From Candidatus Limnocylindrales bacterium (GTDB taxonomy: Bacteria; Moduliflexota; Moduliflexia; Moduliflexales; JAUQPW01): a stretch of 64,000 nt of DNA. This document shows positions 18,662 to 28,413 of this stretch, piece by piece. The stretch's first letter is position 1, and each line of letters begins with the position of its first letter. The notes beneath the pieces were generated by a model, which saw only the letters and a program-made list of their open reading frames with translations, did not search any database and was not told where the DNA came from. The position numbers were made by a program, and so were the translations under genes. Location: contig DATMBG010000037.1 of NCBI GenBank assembly GCA_035559535.1, positions 62,001 through 126,000 on the forward strand, in the 5' to 3' direction.

Positions 18662-20333
18662 GCAAGAGCAAGGAAAAGGAAAAAGGGAAATGATGGACAA
18701 AAATCAGCGTATAGAGAAGTGTGGACCTGTTGCCACTTTCTGTATGTTTGTCTGTGGCCTCTTCCTGGGTCTTGTGGGAGTTCTATCCTCTCACCTGGCC
18801 ATCAGTTTCTATAGGTATCATTTTGTCCTCTTATTTCCTGTCTGGATGGGAATACTCCTGGGAATGGGAGTTTCAATGGGGGCGCGGATAGGAAGATGTA
18901 CCCGACAGTTGTCTGGATTCTTGATGGTTACGCTGCTGAGTATCTTTTGCTACGCCCTGCTTTTAATCCTCAATAACTTTACCTCCCTGACAGAGCCGGG
19001 TACGGCTGTAAAAGAGTATTATTACTTGAGAAGAGATTTTGTAGAACCCCTTCAAAAAACCGTTTCCCAATACGGACTGGATCTCAAGACCTGGGATACC
19101 CTCAAAGAAGTTTGGTTCCAATGGGCTTCTTTATTACCGGCTTATGATGAAAAAGCCATGGTTTCTAACCATGAATTTTCAGTTTTTTTAGAGTATCCTC
19201 CCCTTACCAGGTGGCAGGCACAAAGGAAGATCTTAGAATTCGAGAAGGTCCAAAACTGGATGGTATGGGGTGTGGAACTTCTCGTTTTGATCCTGGTTGC
19301 CTGGGAAAAAACTCATAAAACGATCCAATACAACTACGCCAGGGCTTATTCCAGAAAAATGCTCCAATCCGAAGTGAAGAGCTCTCCGACCGAGACAAAA
19401 ACCCTGGAAAATCGGCTGGCTAACTTGAATCTGGAGCCTGGACGGGTTTCCGAAGCATCTCAGCAGGCCAAAAAGCCTGAGGCCCCTGTTAAAACGCCGG
19501 GTACAGAAACTCCCACGGTTACCATCCCCCCTATGCCGGTGGATCACACCGAAATCCCTGCAACCATGATCCTTGATCGGCAGGTTGATACCACCAAAAC
19601 CCTCACACTGCCTCAGCCAGATATGCCGGGTACTGGTCCAACAACCTCGACTTCTGCAACGCTTAACCGGCCAACTGATACCCCAAAAACCCAGGAGTCC
19701 CCGGAGATAAAGGCCCAACAACCACCGCCAGGCCCCGGGTATGCACTTTTACTTCGAGGATATGATCCAGCACGGACAGAAGCGCTGGTGGATTTCATGA
19801 CCAAATCCCTGAACATGTCCATGGATAAAGCTAAAGTCTTACTTAAAACCCCCTCTCTGTTAAAAGCTCCGGTAACGGACCTGGAAGCTCAGACTCTCGT
19901 AAAAGCGTTTAATCAATTGGGTGCTCGCGTTCAAGTTATCACCCTGGAGCAACTCCGAGCTATAGCCGAAAAACAAAGGAGGCAGAAGAGTAAAGAACCC
20001 TCGAGAACCCTATCGGAATCTGTTACCCAGGGTTTGGAAGTTCCAACCCTCATGACCCCTCCGTTCTCCAGGGATAATCCGAGATATGGGGTTTTATTAC
20101 AAAAATTTGATAAGACCTATGAAGAAGAAGTTCTTCACCTCCTTGCTTCGCTAACCGGATTAACCATAGAACGTCTGAAATCGGCTCTCAGAACTCCTGC
20201 CCTTGTAGTAAAAAATGTGACTCAAGAAGAAGCAGACCGGATCGGTCAACAATTTAAGGGTATCGGTGCAGAAGTAACTATTTTAACCATGCAGGAGGTA
20301 GAAAAATTGTTTGCCCCCAAACGATCTGCGTGA
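18648..20333 (+). CDS. Membrane protein with N-terminal TM region, Pro/Thr-rich linker and two C-terminal ribosomal-protein bL12-CTD/ClpS-like domains
   Basis: About four TM segments; two repeats of Y-x-[LV]-L-L...L.[LM]....[AL]K..L.TP.[LV]....VT..EA......F..[LI]GA.V resembling the L7/L12 C-terminal domain. Alternative start at 18690. Confidence 0.7.
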   Translation: MTKSKQEQGKGKREMMDKNQRIEKCGPVATFCMFVCGLFLGLVGVLSSHLAISFYRYHFVLLFPVWMGILLGMGVSMGARIGRCTRQLSGFLMVTLLSIFCYALLLILNNFTSLTEPGTAVKEYYYLRRDFVEPLQKTVSQYGLDLKTWDTLKEVWFQWASLLPAYDEKAMVSNHEFSVFLEYPPLTRWQAQRKILEFEKVQNWMVWGVELLVLILVAWEKTHKTIQYNYARAYSRKMLQSEVKSSPTETKTLENRLANLNLEPGRVSEASQQAKKPEAPVKTPGTETPTVTIPPMPVDHTEIPATMILDRQVDTTKTLTLPQPDMPGTGPTTSTSATLNRPTDTPKTQESPEIKAQQPPPGPGYALLLRGYDPARTEALVDFMTKSLNMSMDKAKVLLKTPSLLKAPVTDLEAQTLVKAFNQLGARVQVITLEQLRAIAEKQRRQKSKEPSRTLSESVTQGLEVPTLMTPPFSRDNPRYGVLLQKFDKTYEEEVLHLLASLTGLTIERLKSALRTPALVVKNVTQEEADRIGQQFKGIGAEVTILTMQEVEKLFAPKRSA

Positions 20334-20388
20334 AACGTAGTCTTATAGAAAGACCTTACGTTTTACGCCCTATGGTTTACAGACAGGT

Positions 20389-20595
20389 ATGATTGAAAAA
20401 ACCACTATTTTCATCGAAGGAATGAGCTGCAATCATTGTAAAATGACCCTGGAAAAAGGTATCGGTGGCTTGAAAGGAGTCTCCTCGGTCAAAGTGGATC
20501 TCGATCAGAATCAGGCAGAAGTTCAATTTGATCCCGACGAGATATCCTTGACAGATATTAAAAAGAAAATTGTTGATTTAGGCTATAAGGTTTAG
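20389..20595 (+). CDS. copZ: Copper chaperone (HMA domain)
   Basis: GMSCNHC motif, 68 aa. Confidence 0.92.
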   Translation: MIEKTTIFIEGMSCNHCKMTLEKGIGGLKGVSSVKVDLDQNQAEVQFDPDEISLTDIKKKIVDLGYKV

Positions 20596-20605
20596 AACAG
20601 GAGGA

Positions 20606-21691
20606 ATGATTATGCCTTGGAAAGACAGAAATCCCAGACGAGGTCCTGGAGGGGATTTTGATGAAGAACCCGAGTTTAAATTACCCGGTTTAGATTTACC
20701 CCGGGTGTTCTGGCCGAAAACTTTTAATCTGGTAATTATTTTGGTGGTGGTTCTGGGACTTTTTATAGCCGCCGGAGTCTATAAGGTGAACCTGGGTGAG
20801 GTGGGAGTGGTCAAGCGTTTCGGTAAACTCAACCGGATCGTCAGTCCGGGCTTACATTATCGAATTCCCTTCATCGAAGAGGTAGCAACTCCCAAAGTAG
20901 AAGAAGCTAAACGCGAAGAAATCGGCTTTAGGACCATAGATCCGGGCCCCCCGGCCAAATATCAGGATGTACCTAAAGAATCCCTCATGCTCACCGGAGA
21001 TGAAAACATTATCGATATCGATGTCATTGTACAATATCGAATTAAGGATGCAGCCGCCTATTTGTTTAACGTGAGAGATCAACAAAAAACCGTGCGAGAT
21101 GCTGCCGAAGCGGCTATCCGAGAGATTATAGGGAATCGAACCATTGATGAAGCTTTAACGACCGGGAAAACAGATATTCAGAACAGCACCCGGGAACTCC
21201 TTCAACAGATTTTAGATAAATACCAAAGTGGAATCGTCATCGAAATGGTTCAGCTCCAAGATGTTCATCCCCCCCAGCAGGTTTTTGCTGCATTTCGAGA
21301 TGTAGCCAGTGCAAGGGAAGATCGCAATCGACTCATCAACGAAGCCCAAGGGTATCGAAACGACATTATTCCTAAAGCAGAAGGGGCGGCGGCTGAAATT
21401 ATTCAGCAGGCGGAAGCTTACAAGCAAGAGAGAATCAACCGGGCCCTTGGGGATGTTACCCGATTCCGCCAGATTCTGACGGAATACCAAAAGGCTAAGG
21501 AGATCACCAAGCAGCGGTTGTATCTCGAAACCATGGATGAGATCTTACCGGGTATCGATAAGTACATTATCGATGAAACTTCCCAAAAAGGATTGTTACC
21601 CATACTCCAGCTCAATAAAGAAGAATACCGTAAAGACGAGAATCATCCGGTTGGAAATGCATCCGAGGAAAGAAAAGGAGGAAATCCATGA
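20606..21691 (+). CDS. hflK: FtsH protease modulator HflK
   Basis: SPFH domain; MLTGDENI, AFRDVASAREDR and RLYLETM motifs. Confidence 0.95.
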   Translation: MIMPWKDRNPRRGPGGDFDEEPEFKLPGLDLPRVFWPKTFNLVIILVVVLGLFIAAGVYKVNLGEVGVVKRFGKLNRIVSPGLHYRIPFIEEVATPKVEEAKREEIGFRTIDPGPPAKYQDVPKESLMLTGDENIIDIDVIVQYRIKDAAAYLFNVRDQQKTVRDAAEAAIREIIGNRTIDEALTTGKTDIQNSTRELLQQILDKYQSGIVIEMVQLQDVHPPQQVFAAFRDVASAREDRNRLINEAQGYRNDIIPKAEGAAAEIIQQAEAYKQERINRALGDVTRFRQILTEYQKAKEITKQRLYLETMDEILPGIDKYIIDETSQKGLLPILQLNKEEYRKDENHPVGNASEERKGGNP

Positions 21692-22596
21692 AGAGTTCAC
21701 TGAGTACCATTGCTCTCCTTGTTGTCGTCTTGATTCTGATAAACTCCCTTTTTTACACTGTGGATGAAACCGAGCAAGCCGTGGTCACCCAATTCGGTAA
21801 ATTTGTAAAAACAGTGACAGAGCCCGGTTTACATGTCAAAGTTCCTTTTCTTCAACAGGTTACCCTCTTCGAAGATAGGGTTCTGGGATATGATGCCGCT
21901 CCTAAAGAAGTGATCAGCCGGGATAAAAAGGCGATTGTCATGGACAATTATGCCAAATGGCGCATTGAGGATGCTCAAAAGTTCTATGAAAGTGTCCGGG
22001 ATGAGGCCCGTGCTCAATTCCGAATCGATGATATTATCTACTCCGAGCTGAGAGCGGAACTCGGTATGCACGATTTTGCCTCTATCATTGGAAAAGAGCG
22101 GAGCCAGATTATGGATAAGGTAACCGAGAACAGTAATCGACAGGCATCTAAATACGGAATTGAAATCGTGGATGTTCGGATTAAGCGAGCCGACTTACCC
22201 CCCGAAAACGAAAAATCTATCTTCGGGCGCATGGAAACAGAACGCCAACGAGAGGCCAAGCAATACCGCTCAGAAGGGGCAAGGGAAGCAACTAAAATAC
22301 GAGCTGAAGCCGATAAAGAAAGAGCCATTATTCTGGCAGAAGCTTATAAAAAAGAACAACAAATCAAAGGAGAGGGAGATGCTGAGGCTATTAAAATCTA
22401 CGCCGAAGCTTATCAGCAGGATCCAGAGTTTTACGGCTTTATCAGGACTTTAGAAGCCTACAAACGGTCCCTCAAAGAGAGATCAACCCTTGTGCTATCC
22501 CCGAATTCTGAGTTTCTAAAATATTTAACCCGGTTTAACCTGGATTCAGACTCCCGGCACAATCAGACGAACAATAAGGAAGACCATGGAAAATAA
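21688..22596 (+). CDS. hflC: FtsH protease modulator HflC
   Basis: DVRIKRADLP, RMETERQREA and FYGFIRTLEAY motifs; overlaps the hflK stop. Confidence 0.95.
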   Translation: MKSSLSTIALLVVVLILINSLFYTVDETEQAVVTQFGKFVKTVTEPGLHVKVPFLQQVTLFEDRVLGYDAAPKEVISRDKKAIVMDNYAKWRIEDAQKFYESVRDEARAQFRIDDIIYSELRAELGMHDFASIIGKERSQIMDKVTENSNRQASKYGIEIVDVRIKRADLPPENEKSIFGRMETERQREAKQYRSEGAREATKIRAEADKERAIILAEAYKKEQQIKGEGDAEAIKIYAEAYQQDPEFYGFIRTLEAYKRSLKERSTLVLSPNSEFLKYLTRFNLDSDSRHNQTNNKEDHGK

Positions 22597-22657
22597 AAAA
22601 ACAAACTTCTCCCTTTAAGAGCTTAAAGGCTTTTCAGCAATTTTTGAGGAAAGAATC

Positions 22658-22888
22658 TTATTCTAAGATTTCAAGGATGCATCGGGTTCCAACTTTGCGT
22701 CCGGCAGCATTCAAAATCGTCCGTAAAGCACGTGCGGTCCTTCCCTGCTTTCCGATAATTTTTCCAATATCACTCTGGGCTACCCGAAGCTCGACAACAA
22801 TCGTTTTCTCACTCTGCACTTCCGTCGCTTGAACTTTCTCCGGTTCATCCACCAACAACTTAGCTATATACTCAACCAGCTCCTTCAT
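22658..22888 (-). CDS. khpA: KH-domain RNA-binding protein (KhpA/UPF0109)
   Basis: [14 protein letters not shown]...[18 protein letters not shown]. Confidence 0.93.
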   Translation of the reverse strand: MKELVEYIAKLLVDEPEKVQATEVQSEKTIVVELRVAQSDIGKIIGKQGRTARALRTILNAAGRKVGTRCILEILE

Positions 22889-23226
22889 CCGAAAGTACCT
22901 CCTTATCCTATGAGATGATAGGAATTAGAACACTTGCACCAACTTAGGCACTACCTTAACTATTGACCGACCTACACAGCTACAACTTCTTAATTTGTCA
23001 AGGTTAGGATAACCTTGTTTTTATGTCAAGGGATTTTTTGCAAATAAGAGATAACTACGTATTAGTCGGTCGTTAAAATACATACAGAGTGTTATAATCC
23101 GACTATTTTCTATTTTTCAAAAAATTTTTTTGATTTTGATAAGAAATCTTAAAATTGAGTGGAATCAAACCGAAATCCTTCAAGAAAAGGTTTGACAAAA
23201 CCCTGAAAGGGCTATATCCCATAGGT

Positions 23227-24105
23227 ATGGGAGAATCCTTTCAAAAACTTCTGGAGAGACGATGGGAAAAAGGATTTTTTGTCTGCATAGGTTTAGATTC
23301 AGAGCTCGGGAAAATTCCCAAGGTTGCCCGGGCAGGTTCTGTCAAGGAAACCCTTTTAAAATTTAATCGGGAAATTATTGAAGCTACGGGAGACCTGGTC
23401 TGTGCCTATAAACCCAATATAGCTTTTTATGAAGCGGAAGGACCCGAGGGTTTGGAAGCCCTTATCTCTACAGTGGGATTTATCCATGCTACTTATCCCG
23501 AGGTTCCCGTTATTCTCGATGCTAAACGGGCCGATATCGGACATACCAATGCCGCCTATGTAAAAGCCATGTTCGATATCTATGGCGGAGATGCTCTAAC
23601 CGTTCATCCTTATGTGGGACAAGAAGCCCTTCAAACTTTCCTGGATCGGAAAGAGAAGGGAATCTTTGTCCTCTGTCGAACTTCAAATCCAGGGGCCGGA
23701 GAATTCCAAGATTTACAGGTCCTCAAAGAAGGGCAAAGGTTACCCCTTTATCAAGTCGTTGCCCATCAGGTGGCAACAAAATGGAATCGTAACCAGAATT
23801 GTGGGCTTGTGGTAGGAGCCTCTTACCCGAGAGAACTTAAAGAAATCCGACGGATCGCAGGAGATCTGCCTGTTTTATTGCCCGGCATTGGAGCCCAGGG
23901 TGCCGAACTTACCCAGGCCCTCGCAGCCGGATTGGATTCGAAGGGTACTGGACTCATTGTGAACGCCTCACGGAGTATTATTTTTGCCTCTTCAGAAGCC
24001 GATTTTGCCCTGGCAGCCCGACGAGAAACCGAAAATCTCCATAAGGCTATCCAACAGTATAGATTAAGCCTTAATTTAGCTAAGTTAACAGGTCGAGAAT
24101 TTTAG
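23227..24105 (+). CDS. pyrF: Orotidine-5'-phosphate decarboxylase
   Basis: CIGLD, YKPN, ILDAKRADIG and RTSNP motifs; start moved to the ATG downstream of a TTGACA at 23192. Confidence 0.93.
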   Translation: MGESFQKLLERRWEKGFFVCIGLDSELGKIPKVARAGSVKETLLKFNREIIEATGDLVCAYKPNIAFYEAEGPEGLEALISTVGFIHATYPEVPVILDAKRADIGHTNAAYVKAMFDIYGGDALTVHPYVGQEALQTFLDRKEKGIFVLCRTSNPGAGEFQDLQVLKEGQRLPLYQVVAHQVATKWNRNQNCGLVVGASYPRELKEIRRIAGDLPVLLPGIGAQGAELTQALAAGLDSKGTGLIVNASRSIIFASSEADFALAARRETENLHKAIQQYRLSLNLAKLTGREF

Positions 24106-24117
24106 TGTATAAAAAAT

Positions 24118-24146
24118 TTGACAACATAAAGAAAACATTATATCCT
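24118..24146 (+). promoter_or_regulatory. Putative sigma70 promoter of pyrE
   Basis: TTGACA-N17-TATCCT. Confidence 0.55.
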
Positions 24147-24216
24147 TTAGCTTTAGAGTTAAACCTCATGGTTAAAGGAAATTTTTTTAAACTTCATCGA
24201 TCCCATCACTTCCATT

Positions 24217-24837
24217 GTGACCGAAAAGCAAGAAATTTTGGCTTCGGACCTTTTTGAAATCGGAGCCATTAAATTCGGAGCTTTTAAGCTCAAACTTCAT
24301 GAAAAAGTCCCTGATGCCCCTCTTTCTCCCATTTACATTGATTTGAGGATTCTCCGTTCCTTTCCCAAGGTCCTTCGAAACACCATCGAGGTCTTTAAAG
24401 AACTGATAATCGGATTAAAATTTGACCTCCTGGCCGATATTCCAACGGCTGTTACACCCCTTGTAGCCATTCTATCCTACGAAATGGGAATTCCCATGAT
24501 TTCTCCCAGAAAAGATGAAAAAACCCATGGATTATCTCGCCGAATCGATGGAGTCTTCCAAACCGGGCAAACGGTTCTTCTCCTGGACGATTTAATTACC
24601 AAGGCAGATAGCAAATTTGAAGCTATTCAAGCTCTTCAAGAAAATGGACTGCGCGTTCAAGATGTCCTGGTCTTAGTGGACCGGGAACAGGGAGGGGCTC
24701 AGCAGCTTGAAGCAGCCGGATATCGTCTCCATGCAGTTTTTAAGCTCAAAGATTTACTGAGTTACTATTTAAAGAAGGGCCAGCTTGAGCCCGCAAGATA
24801 TGAAGAAATTATGCGATATCTTGCGATGGGTACTTAG
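24217..24837 (+). CDS. pyrE: Orotate phosphoribosyltransferase
   Basis: SPIYIDLR, RKDEKTHG, LLDDLIT and VDREQGG motifs. Confidence 0.93.
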   Translation: MTEKQEILASDLFEIGAIKFGAFKLKLHEKVPDAPLSPIYIDLRILRSFPKVLRNTIEVFKELIIGLKFDLLADIPTAVTPLVAILSYEMGIPMISPRKDEKTHGLSRRIDGVFQTGQTVLLLDDLITKADSKFEAIQALQENGLRVQDVLVLVDREQGGAQQLEAAGYRLHAVFKLKDLLSYYLKKGQLEPARYEEIMRYLAMGT

Positions 24838-24865
24838 GATAGGTCCACAGGACATCTTGTTAAAT

Positions 24866-25060
24866 GCTGTAATCCCAGAGATCCAGGCTTTCTGGGGTAG
24901 GTTTTTTGGATCTAACCCTTCCAACTCTCCGCCCCTGGGAGGGAAGAGGAGAGTGGGGAAGAAAGGCCCTCTCCGATTTCCCCTTCCCGCATCGGGAAGG
25001 GGGGGTCAGGGGATTAGGTTATAAAAAACCTGCCTCTGAGAACTCTGTATCCCCCTACAG
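24866..25060. repeat. Nested palindromic element (CCCTTCCC...GGGAAGGG hairpins inside imperfect inverted ends)
   Basis: TTCTGGGGTAGGTTTTTT pairs imperfectly with AAAAAACCTGCCTCTGAGAA; internal C-rich/G-rich stems resemble those at 36170-36270. Confidence 0.6.
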
Positions 25061-25099
25061 AATCTTCATTGAAAGTACCTGGACAGGGTTTTAAAGGCT

Positions 25100-26164
25100 A
25101 TGGGTAAAAATAACCTTCTAAAACTCCCGGGACTCATTGATCCCCACGTGCACTTGCGAGATCCCGGGAGTACGGAGAAAGAAGATTTTTTTACAGGCAC
25201 CTGTGCGGCAGTAGCCGGAGGCTATACGGCTATTATAGACATGCCCAATAACCCCCATCCCATCACCAGCGAAGAAGCCCTCTCCGAGAAAATATCCCTG
25301 GCGAGCCGAAAAATCGTCTGCGATGTAGGGTTTCATTTCGGAGCGTCTCCCTCAAACTATCCGGTTTATAAGCAAATTGAAGCTAAAGTAAAAGGTTTGA
25401 AGCTTTACCTGAATCAAACGACGGGCCCTCTACTTATAAAGGATCTCGAAGCTATTCTAAATATTTTTCAACACTGGCCCGGTCAGAAACCTATTCTGGT
25501 CCACGCAGAAGGGGTCACGGTTGCCATGGTGCTGGCTTTAAGCTATTTATACCGAAAGTCGGTCCATTTTTGCCATATCAGCCAAAAATCCGAAATCGAG
25601 CTTATTAAAAAGGCAAAAGAGCAGGGCTTTCCTGTTACCTGCGAAGTAACCCCCCATCATTTGTTTTTAACTCAAGAGGATGTTAAAAGTCTCGGTGGAT
25701 TTGGCATTATGAAACCCCCCCTGCCCTCTAAACGAGATCAACAGGCGCTCTGGGAAAACCTGGCAGTTGTCGACCTGGTTGCTTCGGATCATGCGCCCCA
25801 TACCCTGGCTGAAAAGCAAAGTCCTCAACCCCCTTTTGGAGTCCCGGGTTTAGAGACCACCCTTCCTCTTCTTTTAACGGCTGTATTTGAAAAACGATTG
25901 ACCCTGGAACGTCTGGTTGAATTAACCTTCCTGAATCCCTCTCGTATTTTTAAGATTCAACAAGATCCGACCACATTCACAGAAGTGGATCCCCAGGAAA
26001 GCTATTTTATTCAAGGCTCCGAACTTAAAACCAAATGCCGTTGGTCTCCCTTTCAAGACTGGAGGGTCTGCGGAAGGGTCCGACGCGTAACCCTTCGAGG
26101 TCAAATCGTTTTTGAACAGGGACAGGTGCTGGTGCCCCCAGGTTTTGGGCGCATATTGTACTGA
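25100..26164 (+). CDS. pyrC: Dihydroorotase (CAD-type)
   Basis: DPHVHLRDPG, DMPN, GLKLYLN, CEVTPHHL, SDHAPH and PGLET motifs. Confidence 0.92.
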   Translation: MGKNNLLKLPGLIDPHVHLRDPGSTEKEDFFTGTCAAVAGGYTAIIDMPNNPHPITSEEALSEKISLASRKIVCDVGFHFGASPSNYPVYKQIEAKVKGLKLYLNQTTGPLLIKDLEAILNIFQHWPGQKPILVHAEGVTVAMVLALSYLYRKSVHFCHISQKSEIELIKKAKEQGFPVTCEVTPHHLFLTQEDVKSLGGFGIMKPPLPSKRDQQALWENLAVVDLVASDHAPHTLAEKQSPQPPFGVPGLETTLPLLLTAVFEKRLTLERLVELTFLNPSRIFKIQQDPTTFTEVDPQESYFIQGSELKTKCRWSPFQDWRVCGRVRRVTLRGQIVFEQGQVLVPPGFGRILY

Positions 26165-26306
26165 TTTACCATAAAATAATAAATAATCTTAATAAGAGAT
26201 AAAATAAGTATACGCATGTGTATATTTTATCCTTATATAGTAAGAGGTTATCCAAAAACTATGGAACCCTTTTCCGCTTTTAACTATCTTATAAAAGGAG
26301 GTGTAT

Positions 26307-27332
26307 ATGCTTACAAAGGAAAATATTAAATCTCCAGCGGAGATACCGGTATTACCGGAAAAAATAGATGGACACTTTTACGGAAAAGATATTCTCTCTG
26401 TTGAGCAATTCTCCCGAAGGGATTTAGAGATTCTGTTTGCCCGGGCGCAAGAAATGAAAGCGCTTAAAGAACAGCAAGGGTCTATCGACCTTTTACATGG
26501 GAAAGTCCTTGTTAACCTTTTTTATGAAGCAAGTACTCGAACAGATGCGGCTTTCAGCATAGCCATGAAACGACTGGGAGGAGAAGTTCATAATATTGTG
26601 GGAGTTCAGTTCTCCTCGGTATCCAAAGGCGAGACCCTGGCGGATACGGTTCGGGTTTTAGCAACTTATGCCGATGTGATTGTCTTGCGCCATCACGAAA
26701 TGGGTTCTGCGCTCAAAGCGGCTACTTATATTCGGAAGTTAAAACTCCGGACCCATCAACCTCCGGTTCCCCTTATCAATGGAGGAGATGGCGTCGGTGA
26801 GCATCCAACCCAGGCGTTTTTAGATGCCTATACCATTGAGCAAAAGTTTGGAACCCTCGAAGGCCTCACCGTGGCTATGGTCGGTGACCTGAAACATGGC
26901 CGTACGGTTCATTCCCTGGCGAAACTTTTATCTCTTTTCAAAAATGTCCGCCTTATTTTCGTCTCTCCGGATAGCCTGCGGATGCCAAGAGAGTTGTTAC
27001 TGGAATTACAAAGAAAGGGGGTTTCGGTTTCTGAAGCAGATTCGCTCTCAAAGGTTGCCTTTGAAGCCGATGTGTTTTATATCACGCGGGTTCAACAGGA
27101 ACGGTTCAGTGATCCAGATCTGTACCATCAGGTACAAGGTTCTTACAAGGTGGATGCAGCCTTTCTGGAGAAAATAAAAGAAAACGCCATTATTATGCAC
27201 CCACTTCCCCGGGTTGGTGAAATCACGGAAGAGGTCGATGAGAGTCCCCATGCAGTGTATTTTGAACAGGCTGAAAATGGAATGTACATCCGAATGGCTT
27301 TGTTAACCAGTGTATTACTTAAATGCTATTAG
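26307..27332 (+). CDS. pyrB: Aspartate carbamoyltransferase catalytic subunit
   Basis: EASTRT, HPTQ, GDLKHGRTVHSL, TRVQQER and MHPLPR motifs; AAAGGAGG RBS before the ATG at 26307. Confidence 0.95.
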   Translation: MLTKENIKSPAEIPVLPEKIDGHFYGKDILSVEQFSRRDLEILFARAQEMKALKEQQGSIDLLHGKVLVNLFYEASTRTDAAFSIAMKRLGGEVHNIVGVQFSSVSKGETLADTVRVLATYADVIVLRHHEMGSALKAATYIRKLKLRTHQPPVPLINGGDGVGEHPTQAFLDAYTIEQKFGTLEGLTVAMVGDLKHGRTVHSLAKLLSLFKNVRLIFVSPDSLRMPRELLLELQRKGVSVSEADSLSKVAFEADVFYITRVQQERFSDPDLYHQVQGSYKVDAAFLEKIKENAIIMHPLPRVGEITEEVDESPHAVYFEQAENGMYIRMALLTSVLLKCY

Positions 27333-27348
27333 CGGTAGGAGTAGAGGT

Positions 27349-27434
27349 ATGACAAAAGTAAAAAACCGGGCTCAGTTTGAGAATCGTCCCTTTTTAAGTC
27401 TCCCACAGGAATCAAAGGTCTGGACGAAGTTACT
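27349..27434 (+). pseudogene. Possible N-terminal remnant of a KaiC/RecA-like ATPase gene
   Basis: GAGG RBS, then MTKVKNRAQFENRP and, after a frameshift in a T-run, KSPTGIKGLDEVT; no continuation. Confidence 0.45.
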
Positions 27435-27642
27435 GCTCCCGGTCCATTTTGTGTCCGGGTTATGGATGATAAGGTAAATAGGGCAACAACCTGGGTTGGA
27501 GAACCGATGTTCTAAATCAAAAAACAAATCCCAGGTCAAAAGCCTGTTTCAGGCAATTTTCTTAACTCAAAAGAGAAAAATCCCTTGACCTTTAAAGGAA
27601 AATCTTTTAAGCTTTTTTACGTTATCCACGGAGGTTTTTACA

Positions 27643-28413
27643 TTGCTTGTTGATTCCCATGCACATTTAGATGCTTCTCAATTCGATGAAGATCGAGATG
27701 AGGTTATCCAACGAGCCAGGCAGGATCAGGTTGAGTGGATTCTTACCGTTGGAACCAATCTGGTTGAAAGCCGGAGAGCTGTTGAGATTGCCCTCCGATA
27801 CCCGCAGATTTTAGCAGCCGTAGGGGTCCATCCCCATGAGGCTAAAGAGGTAACCGAAGAGGTCTATACAGATTTAAAAAACCTTTCCCAGTCCGAGAAA
27901 GTTGTCGCCATCGGCGAAATCGGGTTAGATTTTTATCGGCAGCTATCCCCTCCGGAAATTCAAGAGGAGGTGTTTCGCCGACAAATTCAGCTCGCCCGAG
28001 AACTTCATCTACCGATAATTATTCATGATCGAGAGGCTCATGGAGAAACCCTCCAGATACTCCGATCTGAAAAAGCTTCGGATGTGCGAGGAATCTTCCA
28101 TTGCTTTTCTGGAGATTATCAACTGGCCAGAGAGGCCATGGATATGGGATTTTATATCTCCATTTCGGGGATTGTAACCTTTCATAATGCAGCCTGGTTA
28201 CGAGACGTTGTTAAGGAAATTCCTCTGGATAACCTTCTGGTTGAGACGGATTGTCCCTATTTGGCACCTGTCCCTAAGCGGGGAAAACGAAATGAACCCG
28301 CCTATGTCACCTATACGGCAGCTAAAATAGCAGAGATCAAAAATATCGAGGTCGAAAAGGTCGAAGAGGCCACCTCTGAAAATTTTTTAAAATTTTTTAA
28401 CTTGAAAATATGA
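27643..28413 (+). CDS. tatD: TatD family hydrolase
   Basis: DSHAHL, GVHPH, GEIGLD, IHDREA, HCFSG and ETDCPYLAP motifs. Confidence 0.95.
   Translation: MLVDSHAHLDASQFDEDRDEVIQRARQDQVEWILTVGTNLVESRRAVEIALRYPQILAAVGVHPHEAKEVTEEVYTDLKNLSQSEKVVAIGEIGLDFYRQLSPPEIQEEVFRRQIQLARELHLPIIIHDREAHGETLQILRSEKASDVRGIFHCFSGDYQLAREAMDMGFYISISGIVTFHNAAWLRDVVKEIPLDNLLVETDCPYLAPVPKRGKRNEPAYVTYTAAKIAEIKNIEVEKVEEATSENFLKFFNLKI

Noticed and set aside
23155-23226. N-terminal extensions given by the ORF track for pyrF (also thrC, rph, cysK and the M20 peptidase)
   Set aside because: The extensions cover promoter or repeat sequence; downstream ATGs fit the family N-termini or RBS better.
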